DNA of 64,000 nt from Octopus bimaculoides (Eukaryota): positions 63,035,345 through 63,099,344 of the forward strand of contig NC_068984.1 of assembly GCF_001194135.2 (NCBI RefSeq). Reading direction: 5' to 3'. Below, one piece after another: positions 1 to 12,595 of the stretch. The position numbers were made by a program, and so were the translations under genes. Below the pieces are notes generated by a model. It was given only the letters and a program-made list of their open reading frames with translations. It did no database searches and was not told where the DNA came from. The first letter of the stretch is position 1, and the number at the start of each line of letters is the position of its first letter.

Positions 1-743
1 AACTATTCCAGTGCAGCTATTAAATATGAAGCAATTCTTCTCTCCTAGTCTGCCTGACATGTCATTGCATCACTTGTTTCCAAATGTCTGCAGTGGATAA
101 GCAGTTTAGAATTCCTACCTACTCCTACTCTCTCTTTGCATATCAAGCACACCCATTGTCCTTAGATCTATGAATTAAAACCCCCAAAACTATCACTGGT
201 ATACTAAAAAATTACAGACAGATTGCTTACTAAAATGAGCTTGTGAAAGTGCATGTATGTGACCAATATTATAGTGCAATCAATTCCTTTCCCCACCAAT
301 CACAGCCGAGCTAAGTTAATCATATCTAACACCACCTCTTCAATCAACAGCCTTTCTGAAGTAACAAAATTGAAGAAAAACCTATATCTGAAGTAATGAA
401 ACAGAAGTGAACCATACCTCACACAGCCACTTACACCAAGTATTTCAGTGAAGGAATGAAACTGAAAGTATTAGAGAATGACAGATGTAATGAAAAGTGT
501 AAAGTACTGTCAATGTATGTTTGTGTTCAACATTATCAGCTGACCTGCTGGAAATAGCAACCAATACTCTCTGAAATTATACCTCTCCTTAAATATTTAA
601 TTTATCAGGTTACCTAATTTCTCATGCATGCACAAAACACAAAATGATTACAACAGGAATAACATTTATCAAGAAGGCCAACTGACATATTAATGTCACC
701 TACTTCCTATTTCATTTCCTCTGCTTTTATCAACTCTCCTCCT

Positions 744-747
<4 letters not shown>

Positions 748-821
<74 letters not shown>

Positions 822-840
822 CATACACACACACATACAC
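748..840. repeat. Compound microsatellite (CT)n(TA)n(CA)n
   Basis: Directly visible dinucleotide runs. Confidence 0.95.
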
Positions 841-1869
841 ATCCTGTTTCAAGCCTTCAGACATAAGACTTGATGTGAGGTATGAGGAATTTCTGTTCCC
901 TTGCTTCAAAAGATAGTGGGTTTTAGGAGCCGTATGAGTTATGAATTCTTCTATTTCAGCACTATTAATGCATTTCCTCTGCTCTGAACACCAATCACAA
1001 TATTCCATTTGGCTGACTGCTGTCAACTGAAAGGGCATTAAGCTAAATATCGACCAGCTTCATTCAATTGTTCTTTAGTGAATATATGGAATCCCACTGC
1101 ATTTTTAGCAAGACAGTGTATGTATGCTACTTTGCTGTTTGCCTGTTACTTGATGTATGCCTAAGGTCAAGAAGCTCTGTCTATTTCACTACACTTCTTT
1201 CATGCACTTTACCAGGAATTTCTCTAATTTGAGAATTTTCTTTTGTCTAAAGAAGGTAGCTTAAGTGCAGCAAATTGATTCTAATAGTAACATAACTTTT
1301 GTTGAATTTTACTATGCTCACTTTTATGAGCTGCACTGCATTTCTATCTTTGGGCTTAAAGATTTTCATCTTTCCTGTTCTCATTTTTACAACCATGACC
1401 AAAGCAAGCAACTCTTACAATTGCTCAATAAATTTATACATTATGACAAAATATCAAATATGAAAATAGTCAGTGATTGAGAACAAACCATAAAAACCTT
1501 GACTGTAGCCTAGGAATAAATGCAGTGCAGAAAGAACATCTATTCACTAAGATTTACTCAAAATGTCCTCAATACAATCTAAAAACAAATATATGAATTT
1601 CTATATATTATAGAGCAAAAAAAGGCATTGTTCTGAGTTGTCCTTCATTCTCAAAGGGTCAAATATGTTCTTGATTTGTGATGGTTTTGTTAATCTTTTT
1701 ACAACATATATTGATATTGCAGTATTGTCCTTCATTAGTAGTCTAATTATGATAGGATGATACTTAAGGGTTTCTAGTTTTGGGAACTTTTGGTACATGT
1801 TATAAATACAAATAAAACATAAGTAAAAACAAATCAGGCTAACCCAACCATCACACATAGTCAGAAGTT

Positions 1870-2830
1870 GCTACCGAAGATGAATCAAAGAACCCATGAT
1901 CCACACCACATTTCATTCCTGGTGCTGAAAACTGATCCTTTCAGAGGTTTCTGTGAGTGTCATTCCCATTAGACACAAGAATCATTCTATGTTATCTGGT
2001 CAGAATGCTTGTTATATGTAATGATAAACTATTAGTGTGGCTTTCAGTAATAGCCTGGCGTGGTCCTATCTTTTGATCATCAGTCAGCCTACTGCTTTTT
2101 GCATGTTCTGCTTAGAAGTTTCATCAGGTATAACAAAATATACTTTGTTCTTCTAAGAAGCATGGATTTCATCACTTACCACCTAGAGCTACACATGCAG
2201 CATACAGCTGATTCTGGTGCTTGATGTTGTTATTTCTGCTACAGTGCAACACTTTCTTCCTCTGCTTTTCTGGGTCCTCTAAGCAGAAAGCCATTTACTG
2301 GCTTTTGTTTACATGCTTATCAACTGGACCTTCTGCCCTCCACTATCAGTCTAACTGCTTTCCTTTTTTTTCCTTACAGAGCTACTGCTCCAGAATTGCT
2401 TCATGATCGTACATACTACATCTAACTGCATGCTATTCTTTATGTTACATCCCTGTTTATCACGTGCTCCTATTGGATAGAAAAAGAAAGGATTCAGCAC
2501 CTTTTCATGGGCAAATGAGAAGCGCATAATATCTGCCTGTCATCTTGTCTCACCCACAAAATTAGAGAAAAGGCACACGCTTTTATAAGCCTTTTCTGGT
2601 CTATAGAACACACATTGTACACCTTATTTTTCATAGTTTCTTCCATCTGTTCATTTGAGGGCATATGGAATCCCCCTTCTATTCTTCAAATAAAGTAGAT
2701 GTACGTTACTCGCCTCTGTATGTGTTCTTTAGTCAACTTCTTTAAATAAATTTCTAGCATAATTTCCCCATGTCCTTTACTCTTCCAGGAGACCTATATT
2801 GAGTCTCTCTGACAGGCAATACAAGTATAC
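1870..2830 (-). mobile_element. Highly degenerate LINE ORF1-like fragment related to the 22-23.5 kb element
   Basis: Minus strand at 2355-2321 reads GTTAGACTGATAGTGGAGGGCAGAAGG (VRLIVEGRR), matching ATTGAGGGTGATAGTGGAGGGCAGG (LRVIVEGR) near 22900. Purine-rich on the minus strand with many stops. Boundaries approximate. Confidence 0.45.
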
Positions 2831-3083
2831 CTCAATTTATGTCGTTTCAAGTCATGTACTTTCCGACGTCACGTCGTTCTTATAAAATAAATAAATGGTG
2901 AAATATAAATAAACCACAGCTTCAATCGATTTGTTCAGCCTTACATCGGTCTCAGGGAATACATTTAAAAGCATGATAATTAAAAAAATAAAATCTTTAG
3001 AAACCAATACTGAAGTGGAAAATCAAATAAAGTACTTGTGAAAATATATACAAACCATTTATTAAAACAAACCTTTATCTCAT

Positions 3084-3289
3084 CTTTTACTTGTTTTAGT
3101 CATTTGACTGCGGCCATGCTGGGGTACTGCTTTGAAATTTTAGTCGAATGCATCGACCCCCAGGACTTGTTTATTTTTTAAGCCTGTTACTTACTCTATC
3201 GATGCCTTTTCCCGAACCGCTAAGTTACGAGGACGCAAACACGCCAACACCTCTTGTCAAGCAGTGGCCAGGGGACAAACAGACAGACA

Positions 3290-3345
<56 letters not shown>

Positions 3346-3561
3346 NNNNNNNNNNNNNNNNNNNNNNNNNNNNNNNNNNNNTATATATATATATATATAT
3401 ATGTAGATTTATACACGACGGGCTTCTTTCAGTTTCCGTCTATTTACAAGGCTTTGGTTGGCCTGAGGCTATAGTTGAAGACACATGCCCAAGGTACCAC
3501 GCAATGGGACTGAACCCTGAAACACGTAGTCGGGAAGTAACCATCTTGCCACGCCTGCGCC
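3084..3561 (-). mobile_element. tRNA-derived SINE, family A (bipartite, internal TA/CA microsatellite), CpG-intact copy
   Basis: Head GGCGCAGGCGTGGCAAG...TCAGTCCC; tail ...CATGGCCGCAGTCAAATGACT.AAACAAGTAAAAG. Homologous to copies at 14.2, 39.8 and 63.2 kb. Confidence 0.85.
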
Positions 3562-4045
3562 TATATTTTATAAGCTAATATTATCTCTATTAAATACTTT
3601 TTCTTGTTACATCGTTTTTTTAGTTAAATAGCACGATTGGAAACAACTACCGACGTAAGTTGAGGTATGCCTGTACTAGCAAAGCTGTCCTATTGCTCTT
3701 AACCATTAATGCGATTAGAAATTTTTTTTTTTCTTCTACATAAGTATAAATCATGTATATTGCATGTTTTATTTATTTTTAAGCTCAACGCAATTGTATG
3801 TTGCTATCATCCTTTCCAACTCCATTCCAGAAGAATCCACTTTAAATTACTAGTAAACTCTATTTATGTAAAATTATATGACTAAAATACAAAAAAGTAC
3901 GCTGTTTTGTATCCCTAGATAATGGCGCATACTTTACACTTTCTAATGACGCTTGTTTACATAATAAAACAGCAAAACTTTCTTCAAACAAATCGTGGTA
4001 AAAATCCAACGTTCGCTAAGCAATCTCGAAGACGACCATACACAT

Positions 4046-4074
4046 AATGATGATGATGATGATGATGATGATGA

Positions 4075-4115
<41 letters not shown>

Positions 4116-4146
4116 CAACAACAACAACAATAATAATAATGATAAT
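4046..4146. repeat. Compound trinucleotide microsatellite (GAT)n(AAT)n(AAC)n
   Basis: Directly visible. Confidence 0.95.
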
Positions 4147-4674
4147 GGTGTTTTATTTATTTGCCCCTAAGGCAACAAAGAGAGACAGTACAGAGAGGAT
4201 AAAACCTTAAACATGAACATCAAAAGAAAAACAAAAAATATCCCATTATCAAAGACTAAGCAAATAGTACAAGTAAAATACTGATATACAGTTTTGCACA
4301 GAAACCTAACGTCACTTTGCTCTTTTAGATAAGAAATTAATTTATGAATTCGTAGCTAGGATTATCAGAATTAACGGCAATAATTCTTTAACTTGAAACA
4401 TTAAGATGTTTTTGAGTAGTACCTATTGCAATTCCGTTAAGATAATAATGACCATATTTCAGCTTATCAGAGGGATTGCAGAAAGAAAAATATAAAACAC
4501 CGTGAAAACATAATAAATGAATACAGGATGTCATAGGGTTGAGTATATGGGCTTTAAATCAGGCCCCAGTTCTGTGGTGAAGAGAAAAAAATAGTGTTTC
4601 TCCATAAAAACGAAGAAAAAAATATTATGGTAGCTTTAGGAATTATTACCATTTACTAAATAAAATATGAAGTT

Positions 4675-5010
4675 GCAAGGCCAGTGGTTAGGCTGCTACA
4701 ATCAAGATCTGGTTATCGTTGTTTCGATTCCCACATTGGGGATGCGTGGGGCTCTTGAGCAAAATACTTCATTCAACTGTACGTAGATAAACCTGCGATG
4801 GACCAACGTTCCATTCAGCGGTAATGTTGGCCTGCCTGCCTGCCTGCCTGTTTGCCTGCCTACCCGCTTGCCTGCCTACTTGCTTGCCTGCCTGCCTGCT
4901 TACCTAACCAGTGGAGTGCCATCATTCGAAACCTAAAATAATGTGAGGAATCACATTGTGATTAGCGGTGTATAACAACATCCGATAATCTGGTTAATAC
5001 TGTGACTGAA
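4675..5010 (+). mobile_element. tRNA-derived SINE with CORE-like body and internal (GCCT)n
   Basis: A-box-like GGCCAGTGG and B-box-like GTTTCGATTCC, then TCTTGAGCAAAATACTTCATT; (GCCT)n at about 4830-4900. Confidence 0.55.
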
Positions 5011-5429
5011 TAATATATGAACGCGCGTGGCTTAGAAGTTAGGGTGTTTCACTCACGACTAGGCCACTGTCGTTCATATTAACCCAGTATAGAAGGCGAA
5101 GATAAAGCTTTCCAACGACCGCATTGTCGAGCTGACCACTCATTCTCTATCTTCACTTCGTCAAACCCTGTATTTCGCCAAAGAAACCTGCTGCGGGAAG
5201 CGTGCCGCAGGAACAGTAACAACATTTTCCAAGGTCGTCGTCGTCGTCGATGAATCTCTGCCGATATGATGTGTCTATGCATCATGTGTCTCAACCATTG
5301 CATCTTCAGCCCGTTTTGGAGTCGGTATTGGCAAACACTACTGACCATCAAACATGTCACTTCAACAAGAAGCGGTGGAGCTTGTAATCAACTAGGTATA
5401 TACTGAGAAACGGCATTTTAGTCTGGCAG

Positions 5430-5660
5430 TAGTACAAACATGAAGCAATATAAATTTTAGTTCAGATCTTTCAATCGATTTTGCAGGATATCTCCTTTGA
5501 CCTTTTGGATATATGAGCAATGGCTCCATCCTGCTAAACATCACGTCTAAATTTTCAAAATCGGTCAGTTTTGGCTCGAGAAAGTTCCTTAGCATCTCCG
5601 TGTATCGACTGGGTGTTACTAGAACTGTTTTGCTTCCCTCCTCAAATAAACAAAAAAAAA
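5430..5660 (-). pseudogene. Degenerate Tc1/mariner-superfamily transposase catalytic fragment
   Basis: Minus strand gives FEEGSKTVLVTPSRYTEMLRNFLEPKL, then after a frameshift QDGAIAHISKRS. This resembles the YFFEE...VTV...RY..ML..FL...(F)QQDGA.AH segment of DDD-type transposases. Confidence 0.55.
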
Positions 5661-6980
5661 TGAGGGATTCACACTCGAAAATTTATCTTGGAATTAGAAC
5701 GCTCCGACGATTTTTAGGTGATTTTCTTTACAGCACTGAAATACAGCAGAATGGATTTTTTTGTCTGGAACAGCTTAAATTCGAAGTAACACAAAATTAA
5801 TACAAAAAGTTCTCTGCATCATAATCATAGGTTCACTGTTCTTGATAAACGTTTCTACAGCAAATGTATGCTATAGCCCGGCTCCAACAGGGAAACAGGG
5901 AAATCCATAAAACATTAGCTGCCTTAAAACACCGTTACAACTTGTCTAATTTCATTACCGCCATATCAACGAGCCTGTAAAATATAGGATGTTTTTCTGC
6001 TGCACTCTATGTCTTCCACCAAATACACAGGCATTTACACACACACACACACACACAACTAAAATGGTTAGACACAATATAAAACCAAAAAGGAAAAATT
6101 CAATTATCACTAATAGTTACTGAGGAGGCAGGGAAGAACTTACATTACTAGAAACAGAAGTCAAAGACCCTTATAACCACAAAAAGCAGCAACAGGGCAG
6201 TTATCTCTCCTGTCAGTACATAGAGAATGTGCATTTTGTTCCTTCAAGGATTTTTGACACTCGTTACTAGCAATGTAAGTGTTACCCTGCTATATATGTA
6301 TATATATATATATATATATNNNNNNNNNNNNNNNNNNNNNNNNNNNNNNNNNNNNNNNNNNNNNNNNNNNNNNNNNNNNNNNNNNNNNNNNNNNNNNNNN
6401 NNNNNNNNNNNNNNNNNNNNNNNNNNNNNNNNNNNNNNNNNNNNNNNNNNNNNNNNNNNNNNNNNNNNNNNNNNNNNNNNNNNNNNNNNNNNNNNNNNNN
6501 NNNNNNNNNNNNNNNNNNNNNNNNNNNNNNNNNNNNNNNNNNNNNNNNNNNNNNNNNNNNNNNNNNNNNNNNNNNNNNNNNNNNNNNNNNNNNNNNNNNN
6601 NNNNNNNNNNNNNNNNNNNNNNNNNNNNNNNNNNNNNNNNNNNNNNNNNNNNNNNNNNNNNNNNNNNNNNNNNNNNNNNNNNNNNNNNNNNNNNNNNNNN
6701 NNNNNNNNNNNNNNNNNNNNNNNNNNNNNNNNNNNNNNNNNNNNNNNNNNNNNNNNNNNNNNNNNNNNNNNNNNNNNNNNNNNNNNNNNNNNNNNNNNNN
6801 NNNNNNNNNNNNNNNNNNNNNNNNNNNNNNNNNNNNNNNNNNNNNNNNNNNNNNNNNNNNNNNNNNNNNNNNNNNNNNNNNNNNNNNNNNNNNNNNNNNN
6901 NNNNNNNTTTTATCGTAATTTATACGCATATATTGTTTATATAATAAATTACGCTGTGCGTATCTATGTGTGTAACAATT

Positions 6981-7078
6981 TTAGAGTTCGGATTCTAGAG
7001 TTAGGGTTACTTTTAGGGTTAGGGTTAGGGTTACGGTAACGGTTAACAGTCTAGTTAGGGTTAGGGTTAGGGTTAAGG
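6981..7078 (+). repeat. Interstitial telomere-like (TTAGGG)n with degenerate units
   Basis: TTAGGG units at 7001-7006, 7013-7030 and 7055-7072, plus TTAGAG, TTACGG and TTAAGG variants. Confidence 0.85.
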
Positions 7079-7318
7079 ATTAATACGATATACACCGTTG
7101 CAGCGCTAACTGTTTTCAACTGAATAGACGTCAGTGATTAGTAGAAATTATCGAAATAAGACAATTTTTTACATGAAATAAATTCGAATACAAAAATATT
7201 TTTCTGTTCTATAACATAAAATAGATAAGTATACGAAGTTTGAAAGTCATTCCGTACCAAAAAGACTACATAAAACATAAATGAAAACTGGCGCCCCCGT
7301 TTTAAAATAGATCCAAAT

Positions 7319-8366
7319 GTTTCAATGTTCACAAATTAAAATGCTCAAAACAGATAAATTTAGCATTATGAATTAGAAGGACGGGTGCAAGTTTAAATGT
7401 TCATAGCAGCCAATAATATTAAAACTGTATATCAATTTGTTTGAACGCACAAAGCTCGTTAATGTTAGTGGCGATTGACAAGTCATACTGAGTTAAGAGG
7501 GAAAAAACAAGGGACAAATGAAAATAGTAAACAAAACGGAATTTGTCTTACGGTTTCTCTGATCCCGTTTCCGTAGACGCTTTCGCTTGTAGTGGTATGT
7601 TTTGGGACCAGATGTATTTATAATTTCTTTCGCGAACGGATTTGATTTTTGATTCACTATAATATTGGTGATGGCTTGCTTCCCGGTGGTGAAGCTTATC
7701 GTTCTGCCTGGTTGGCTTCCCCGTGGAGACGGTCATCAGTTGTTCCGGTTTATTGGTTATCTTAAAGGGTCATTTCGTTGTATTTGCTGAAATTCGGTTT
7801 TGCTTGGTCTGGAGATAGGTGATATCTAAACCAATAAAATTTTACAAATACCAGTTGCTGACGTTACCTAACTCCTGAATAATGAAAACCGAATTTCAGC
7901 AAATAAAACGAAATGACCCTTTAAGAGAACCAACGAACCGAATGATTGATGACCGTCTTCACGGGGAAGCCAACGAGGCAGAACGACAAGCTTGACCACT
8001 GGGAAACAAGACGTCACCAATATTTTAACGAAACAAAACTCAGATCCACTCGTGGAAAAAATTATAAATACATTTGATCCCAAAGCATACCACTATAAGC
8101 GAAAGCGTCTACGGAAAGAGGATCAGAGAAACCGTAAACCAAATTCCCTTTTTTAACTATTTTCATTTCTCCTTTGTTTTTTCCCCTCTTAATTCAGTAT
8201 TACTTGTCGATCACCACTACCATTAATGAGCTTTGTGCATTCAAACAAATTGATATACAGTTTTAATATTATTGGCTGCTATGAACATTTAAACTTGCAC
8301 TTGTCCTCCTAATTCATAATGCTAAATTTATCTGTTTTGAGCATTTTAATTTGTCAACATTGAAAC
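7319..8366. repeat. Long fold-back inverted repeat: arms 7319-7801 and 7885-8366, 83-bp spacer
   Basis: Arms are reverse complements along their length (e.g. AAATGCTCAAAACAGATAAATTTAGCATTATGAATTAG vs CTAATTCATAATGCTAAATTTATCTGTTTTGAGCATTT) with scattered substitutions. Confidence 0.95.
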
Positions 8367-8595
8367 TTTTGAAGATGTTTTTGTAATTCATAATTTTAAA
8401 CTTTTACCATTGACAAACAAAAATTATTGTTGAAACTAGTTTGGTATATATATATATATATATATATATAAATGTATTCTAAACAATTACGAGTTTTTCA
8501 AATTCAGGTGCATTTTCAACAACCCATTTGCTTATATTTTTTCCTGCGTGGAAGCACCCCACCTCTTATATTATACATACATACATACATATATA

Positions 8596-8631
<36 letters not shown>

Positions 8632-9304
8632 TGTGTGTGTGTGTTTGTGTGTGTGAGTATGTATGTATAAAATCCAAATTGGATAATATGTATATATATA
8701 TATGTATATATATATATATCCCAAAGTGGAGATCCTTTGACGACAATGTAACCTTCATTTAACTAAATATATCTTCGGTCCGATGCTAATGGTGTACCCC
8801 CTCGTTGAGTAATTATTATTCTGAGGTTCTTCTAGCTAAGAAACATATGTAGCCTCATTTTTACCTGATCCATTCTAACAATCTGTATTTTTATTTGCAT
8901 ACGTATCAACCCCAGTTGCTAACCGTAAACTATAAAATAACTTTTTTCAGTTTATTGAACTTCCATATGGGTAAAATTTACAACCTTACGTCAATAAACT
9001 ACAATTGTTCCTAAAAGTTGAAAACAATACGTGAGAGTTACTACATACACAAAGAGAGTGAGTGCCAAAGAGTATAGTAGATATATACAGAGAGATATTT
9101 TGATGGTGATAGATAGAGAGTGAGTGATTTGTAGAACGAAAAGTTGAGTTGTCTCTTACAAGAAATTATACTTTCTATTATTATTTCCAGACGATATTGT
9201 CTGTGGAACTTTGAATTCGAAAATCAAATTCCGTTTTCTCGAGGATGCACCGTTTCAGAGCCTTCTAGGGTTAAACAGGCACACACACATACGTACGCAC
9301 GCGC

Positions 9305-9346
<42 letters not shown>

Positions 9347-10914
9347 CCACATACAATTGCATTTATATGTATCGAACATTACACTGAAGAGATTCTTACC
9401 CATAAACATGGACTTTTATAATTACATTATGAGTAAGAATCGAAACAATTATATGTAATTTGCATTTAATATTATCATTATTCATTATATTATACTATAT
9501 TATATTATTATATGAATATAATGTAACATTATATTAATAAATTTTAATTTTTGAATTGCAAATTATATATCTCCATTCTCTTTTCATTTTTATAAATTCA
9601 ATATATACCCATGTGAATTGTTAAGTTTTTCTCAACTAAACTGGGTAGTAAACAGCCAAGCCAGTAAAAAATTCGGACGTTTTCATCTTGTAAGAGGAAC
9701 CTATTTTCCTTGTTTTGGATCTTAATATATATATATATATAATGTGTTACGTAGAACAGCACTCTATCAGCTAAGAGAGTAAAGATAAATTATGGTTTCG
9801 GCCAGGAAAACCCTGGGTAGGTGTATTTAACAAGAATTGTGGTTTTATTTACATCATTTGCCATTGCCATTATGATATATATATATATATATGTATATAT
9901 ATCAATTCAGATGTTTGATAATTGCATGAGGTAGTTGTTTAGAACCTTCCCTATTTTCAGATGATTTACTTCTTTCTCCCAAAACGTCATGATCTCATTC
10001 AATATATCATAAGCCTGTTGACTTTGCTTTCCAGCCTATTCCGTCTCGACAAAAGAAGTACAAACTGAGTAATGAGATGGATTTAATCGACCGTCCTTCT
10101 TACCAAAGTTAAGGCTATTTGCCAATATTAACAGCAGCGATGCTACCAGTCCTTTCATTATAACGATGACTTTTATTATATCCCTAGTCGAAGTGGGAGC
10201 CTGTGAAAGCAAAATTCATAGTCTCTGCTTTTAATTATTGATAACTATTGATATCGTTAATTGAACTTTTTTTTTTCTGATAAGAGAGATATTGATTTAG
10301 AAATACACATCAAAGAAACAGTTTTGTCGGCTTAACAACGAAAAAAAAATATTGGCATGATTCTAATAGTCATATAGTTTGTACAAATGCATCAACAGTC
10401 TTCTCTTAGGTCTGCAGTACAATATTTCGAGGAGTAGCTTCTCAATAAATTCAGTATACATTCGTAGCGAAGCTTCCTCATTTACAATAGCTACAGTGTT
10501 GCGAAGTAGAATAAAATCTTATTATATGCATCAGCTCTCCTCACAAGAAGATAGAAAATGTGCTGACGGGTTTAATGTCTATCTCATTTTCTTCTGTTCC
10601 TACTTCAAGCACACATCAAACGCATCTGACGGCCTCCTTATTAAACCCTTCGCTCCATAAACACACGAGTAAACTAAACTAACTCAAGATACGGGCTAGG
10701 AGGAATTCTCAAGGTATCCCTACAAGGCACAATTTTTAACTTTTTCAAATATTTAATAAAGTGCTATAGTATATGTAATGCAATAAGGCATAGCAATAAG
10801 ATTTAAGAACATATTTATTGCAAAGGAAAACTGAGGAACATTTAAATGTTGAATAGGCACCTTTGGAGTATATATAGCGCATATTTTTTGATTTGGCGAA
10901 ATCAATCACATTAA

Positions 10915-11070
10915 CTTGGCTAGTGGTTAGGATGTTATATTCACGACTGTCAGATCGTGGTTTTGACTCCCGGACCAGGTGAGGCGTTGTGTTCTTAGGC
11001 AAAACATTTAATTTCACTTACGTTACACTGCGAGCACTTCGACATCTGACGAGTGGTACACCATGTACCT
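10915..11070 (+). mobile_element. Degenerate tRNA-derived SINE fragment
   Basis: GCTAGTGGTTAGG...GGTTTTGACTCCCGGACC...GCGTTGTG head, similar to the 29498 copy. Confidence 0.6.
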
Positions 11071-11589
11071 ATACAGACAGTGTCGATTTGCTATATTCAG
11101 TACAAACATATGATCGCTATAGACAAACCAACAACTTCAACAACACAGACACCACTATTGCCATCATTATCCACAAAAACAATAACATCAACAACACAAC
11201 GGCAAAGGTAATAAACATAAGCGCTTCAGATCAATTATTTCAGAATCAACTAGCACAAATTAATCCGTCATTGCTCTACAAGAATACCTCATTTTCCGTA
11301 AGCTTTCTCGATATCACCAACTACACGCGCACGCATATACACATAATTCATGTATATGTACGTGTGCGTATGTGTATATAGAAAATATATAAATATATCA
11401 AATACCATACAACATAAATAAATGCTGTTTTATTCTCGAATTAGTTATCAAAGGTTTGGGTGACAAGTAAATTTCTGTTACATATGTAAATATTTTTCTA
11501 CTATAGAAAAGCCTGAAATTTTGAGGAAGAATAGGGAGGTTGTCGATTATTTTAGTTATACCTCTCTGTAAGCATTGAGATATTCCTTG

Positions 11590-12595
11590 TTTAAAGTTTA
11601 TATACAGATTTTCTACAGAATTTTGAGCTATCACTGCAAGTTACAATGTTTCATATACGAATATATTCACTTAAACAATGCGACCGAAGATAGAAAAATA
11701 GGTAATGGGTGTATGTATATATATATATATATTCCAAGATTTACTGCTTCTTCATCAGCGCNNNNNNNNNNNNNNNNNNNNNNNNNNNNNNNNNNNNNNN
11801 NNNNNNNNNNNNNNNNNNNNNNNNNNNNNNNNNNNNNNNNNNNNNNNNNNNNNNNNNNNNNNNNNNNNNNNNNNNNNNNNNNNNNNNNNTATATATGTAT
11901 GTATATATATATATATATTCCAAGATTTACTGCTTCTTCATCAGCGCCACATCCAACCCATCAACTATCCACGAGTGAATTGCTTAGAAACACACTAAGT
12001 TTTAGCGTTGTAATACTGTTGGATAAACCAATTTGCTTATTAAACACATTCTTTGCAACTGGTACGTAAATATTAATCGCTAGCAAGGACATAGAATTTT
12101 GTTTTGCAACCATGCTATACTATGAAGTATATTAAAGGTTTTCAAGTCAATACTGTGTCTTAATTTTGTGTTAGCAGTGCGATGTTCTCATATTGTGTCA
12201 GCAGTGCTATCTTCTCATTATGCACAATATTGACGTTTAAAACGTTTAATGTACTTGATATAATATTATGCTTGCAAAACTAAATACTGTGCCCTTGCTA
12301 GCAACTAATATTTACGTACCAGTTGCCAGCAATGCGTTTGATACGTAAATTGCTGTAACCAATTGTTACACAGCTAAGATTTAGTAAGTATCTAAACAAT
12401 GCGTTTGTGGCTAGTTGATGGGTTGGATGTAGCGCTGATGAAAGAGCAATAACTCTTGAAATATGCATATACATCCATAACCTATTTTTTCTATCGTCGA
12501 TCGCATTGTTTACAAAGAGAGATTCGCATATGAAATGTCGTAACTTTCTGTGAAGGTTCTGGTTCTATAGAAAATCTATAGAGATAGGCTTAAAA
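11590..12595. repeat. Diverged inverted repeat (arms about 11590-12157 and 12222-12595) with a hammerhead-like motif in each arm
   Basis: TTCATCAGCGCCACATCCAACCCATCAACTA vs TAGTTGATGGGTTGGATGTAGCGCTGATGAA, and TGCAACTGGTACGTAAATATTA vs TAATATTTACGTACCAGTTGC. Left arm is interrupted by an N gap. Confidence 0.85.
12425..12476 (+). ncRNA. Type I hammerhead ribozyme-like motif
   Basis: GGAUG-UAGCG-CUGAUGA-AAGAG(CAAUAA)CUCUU-GAAA; palindromic helix III AUAUGCAUAU; AUA cleavage triplet (after 12471); CAUCC pairs with GGAUG across a 5-nt bulge. Confidence 0.6.

Noticed and set aside
7700-7760. Hammerhead-like CUGAUGA-CCGU(CUCC)ACGG-GGAA on the minus strand within the 7.3 kb palindrome
   Set aside because: GGAA instead of GAAA, no U16.1-H17, and no strand to close helix I.
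11705-11950. Direct duplication of TATATTCCAAGATTTACTGCTTCTTCATCAGCGC on both sides of an N gap
   Set aside because: Typical unmerged contig overlap at an (AT)n tract; probably an assembly artefact.
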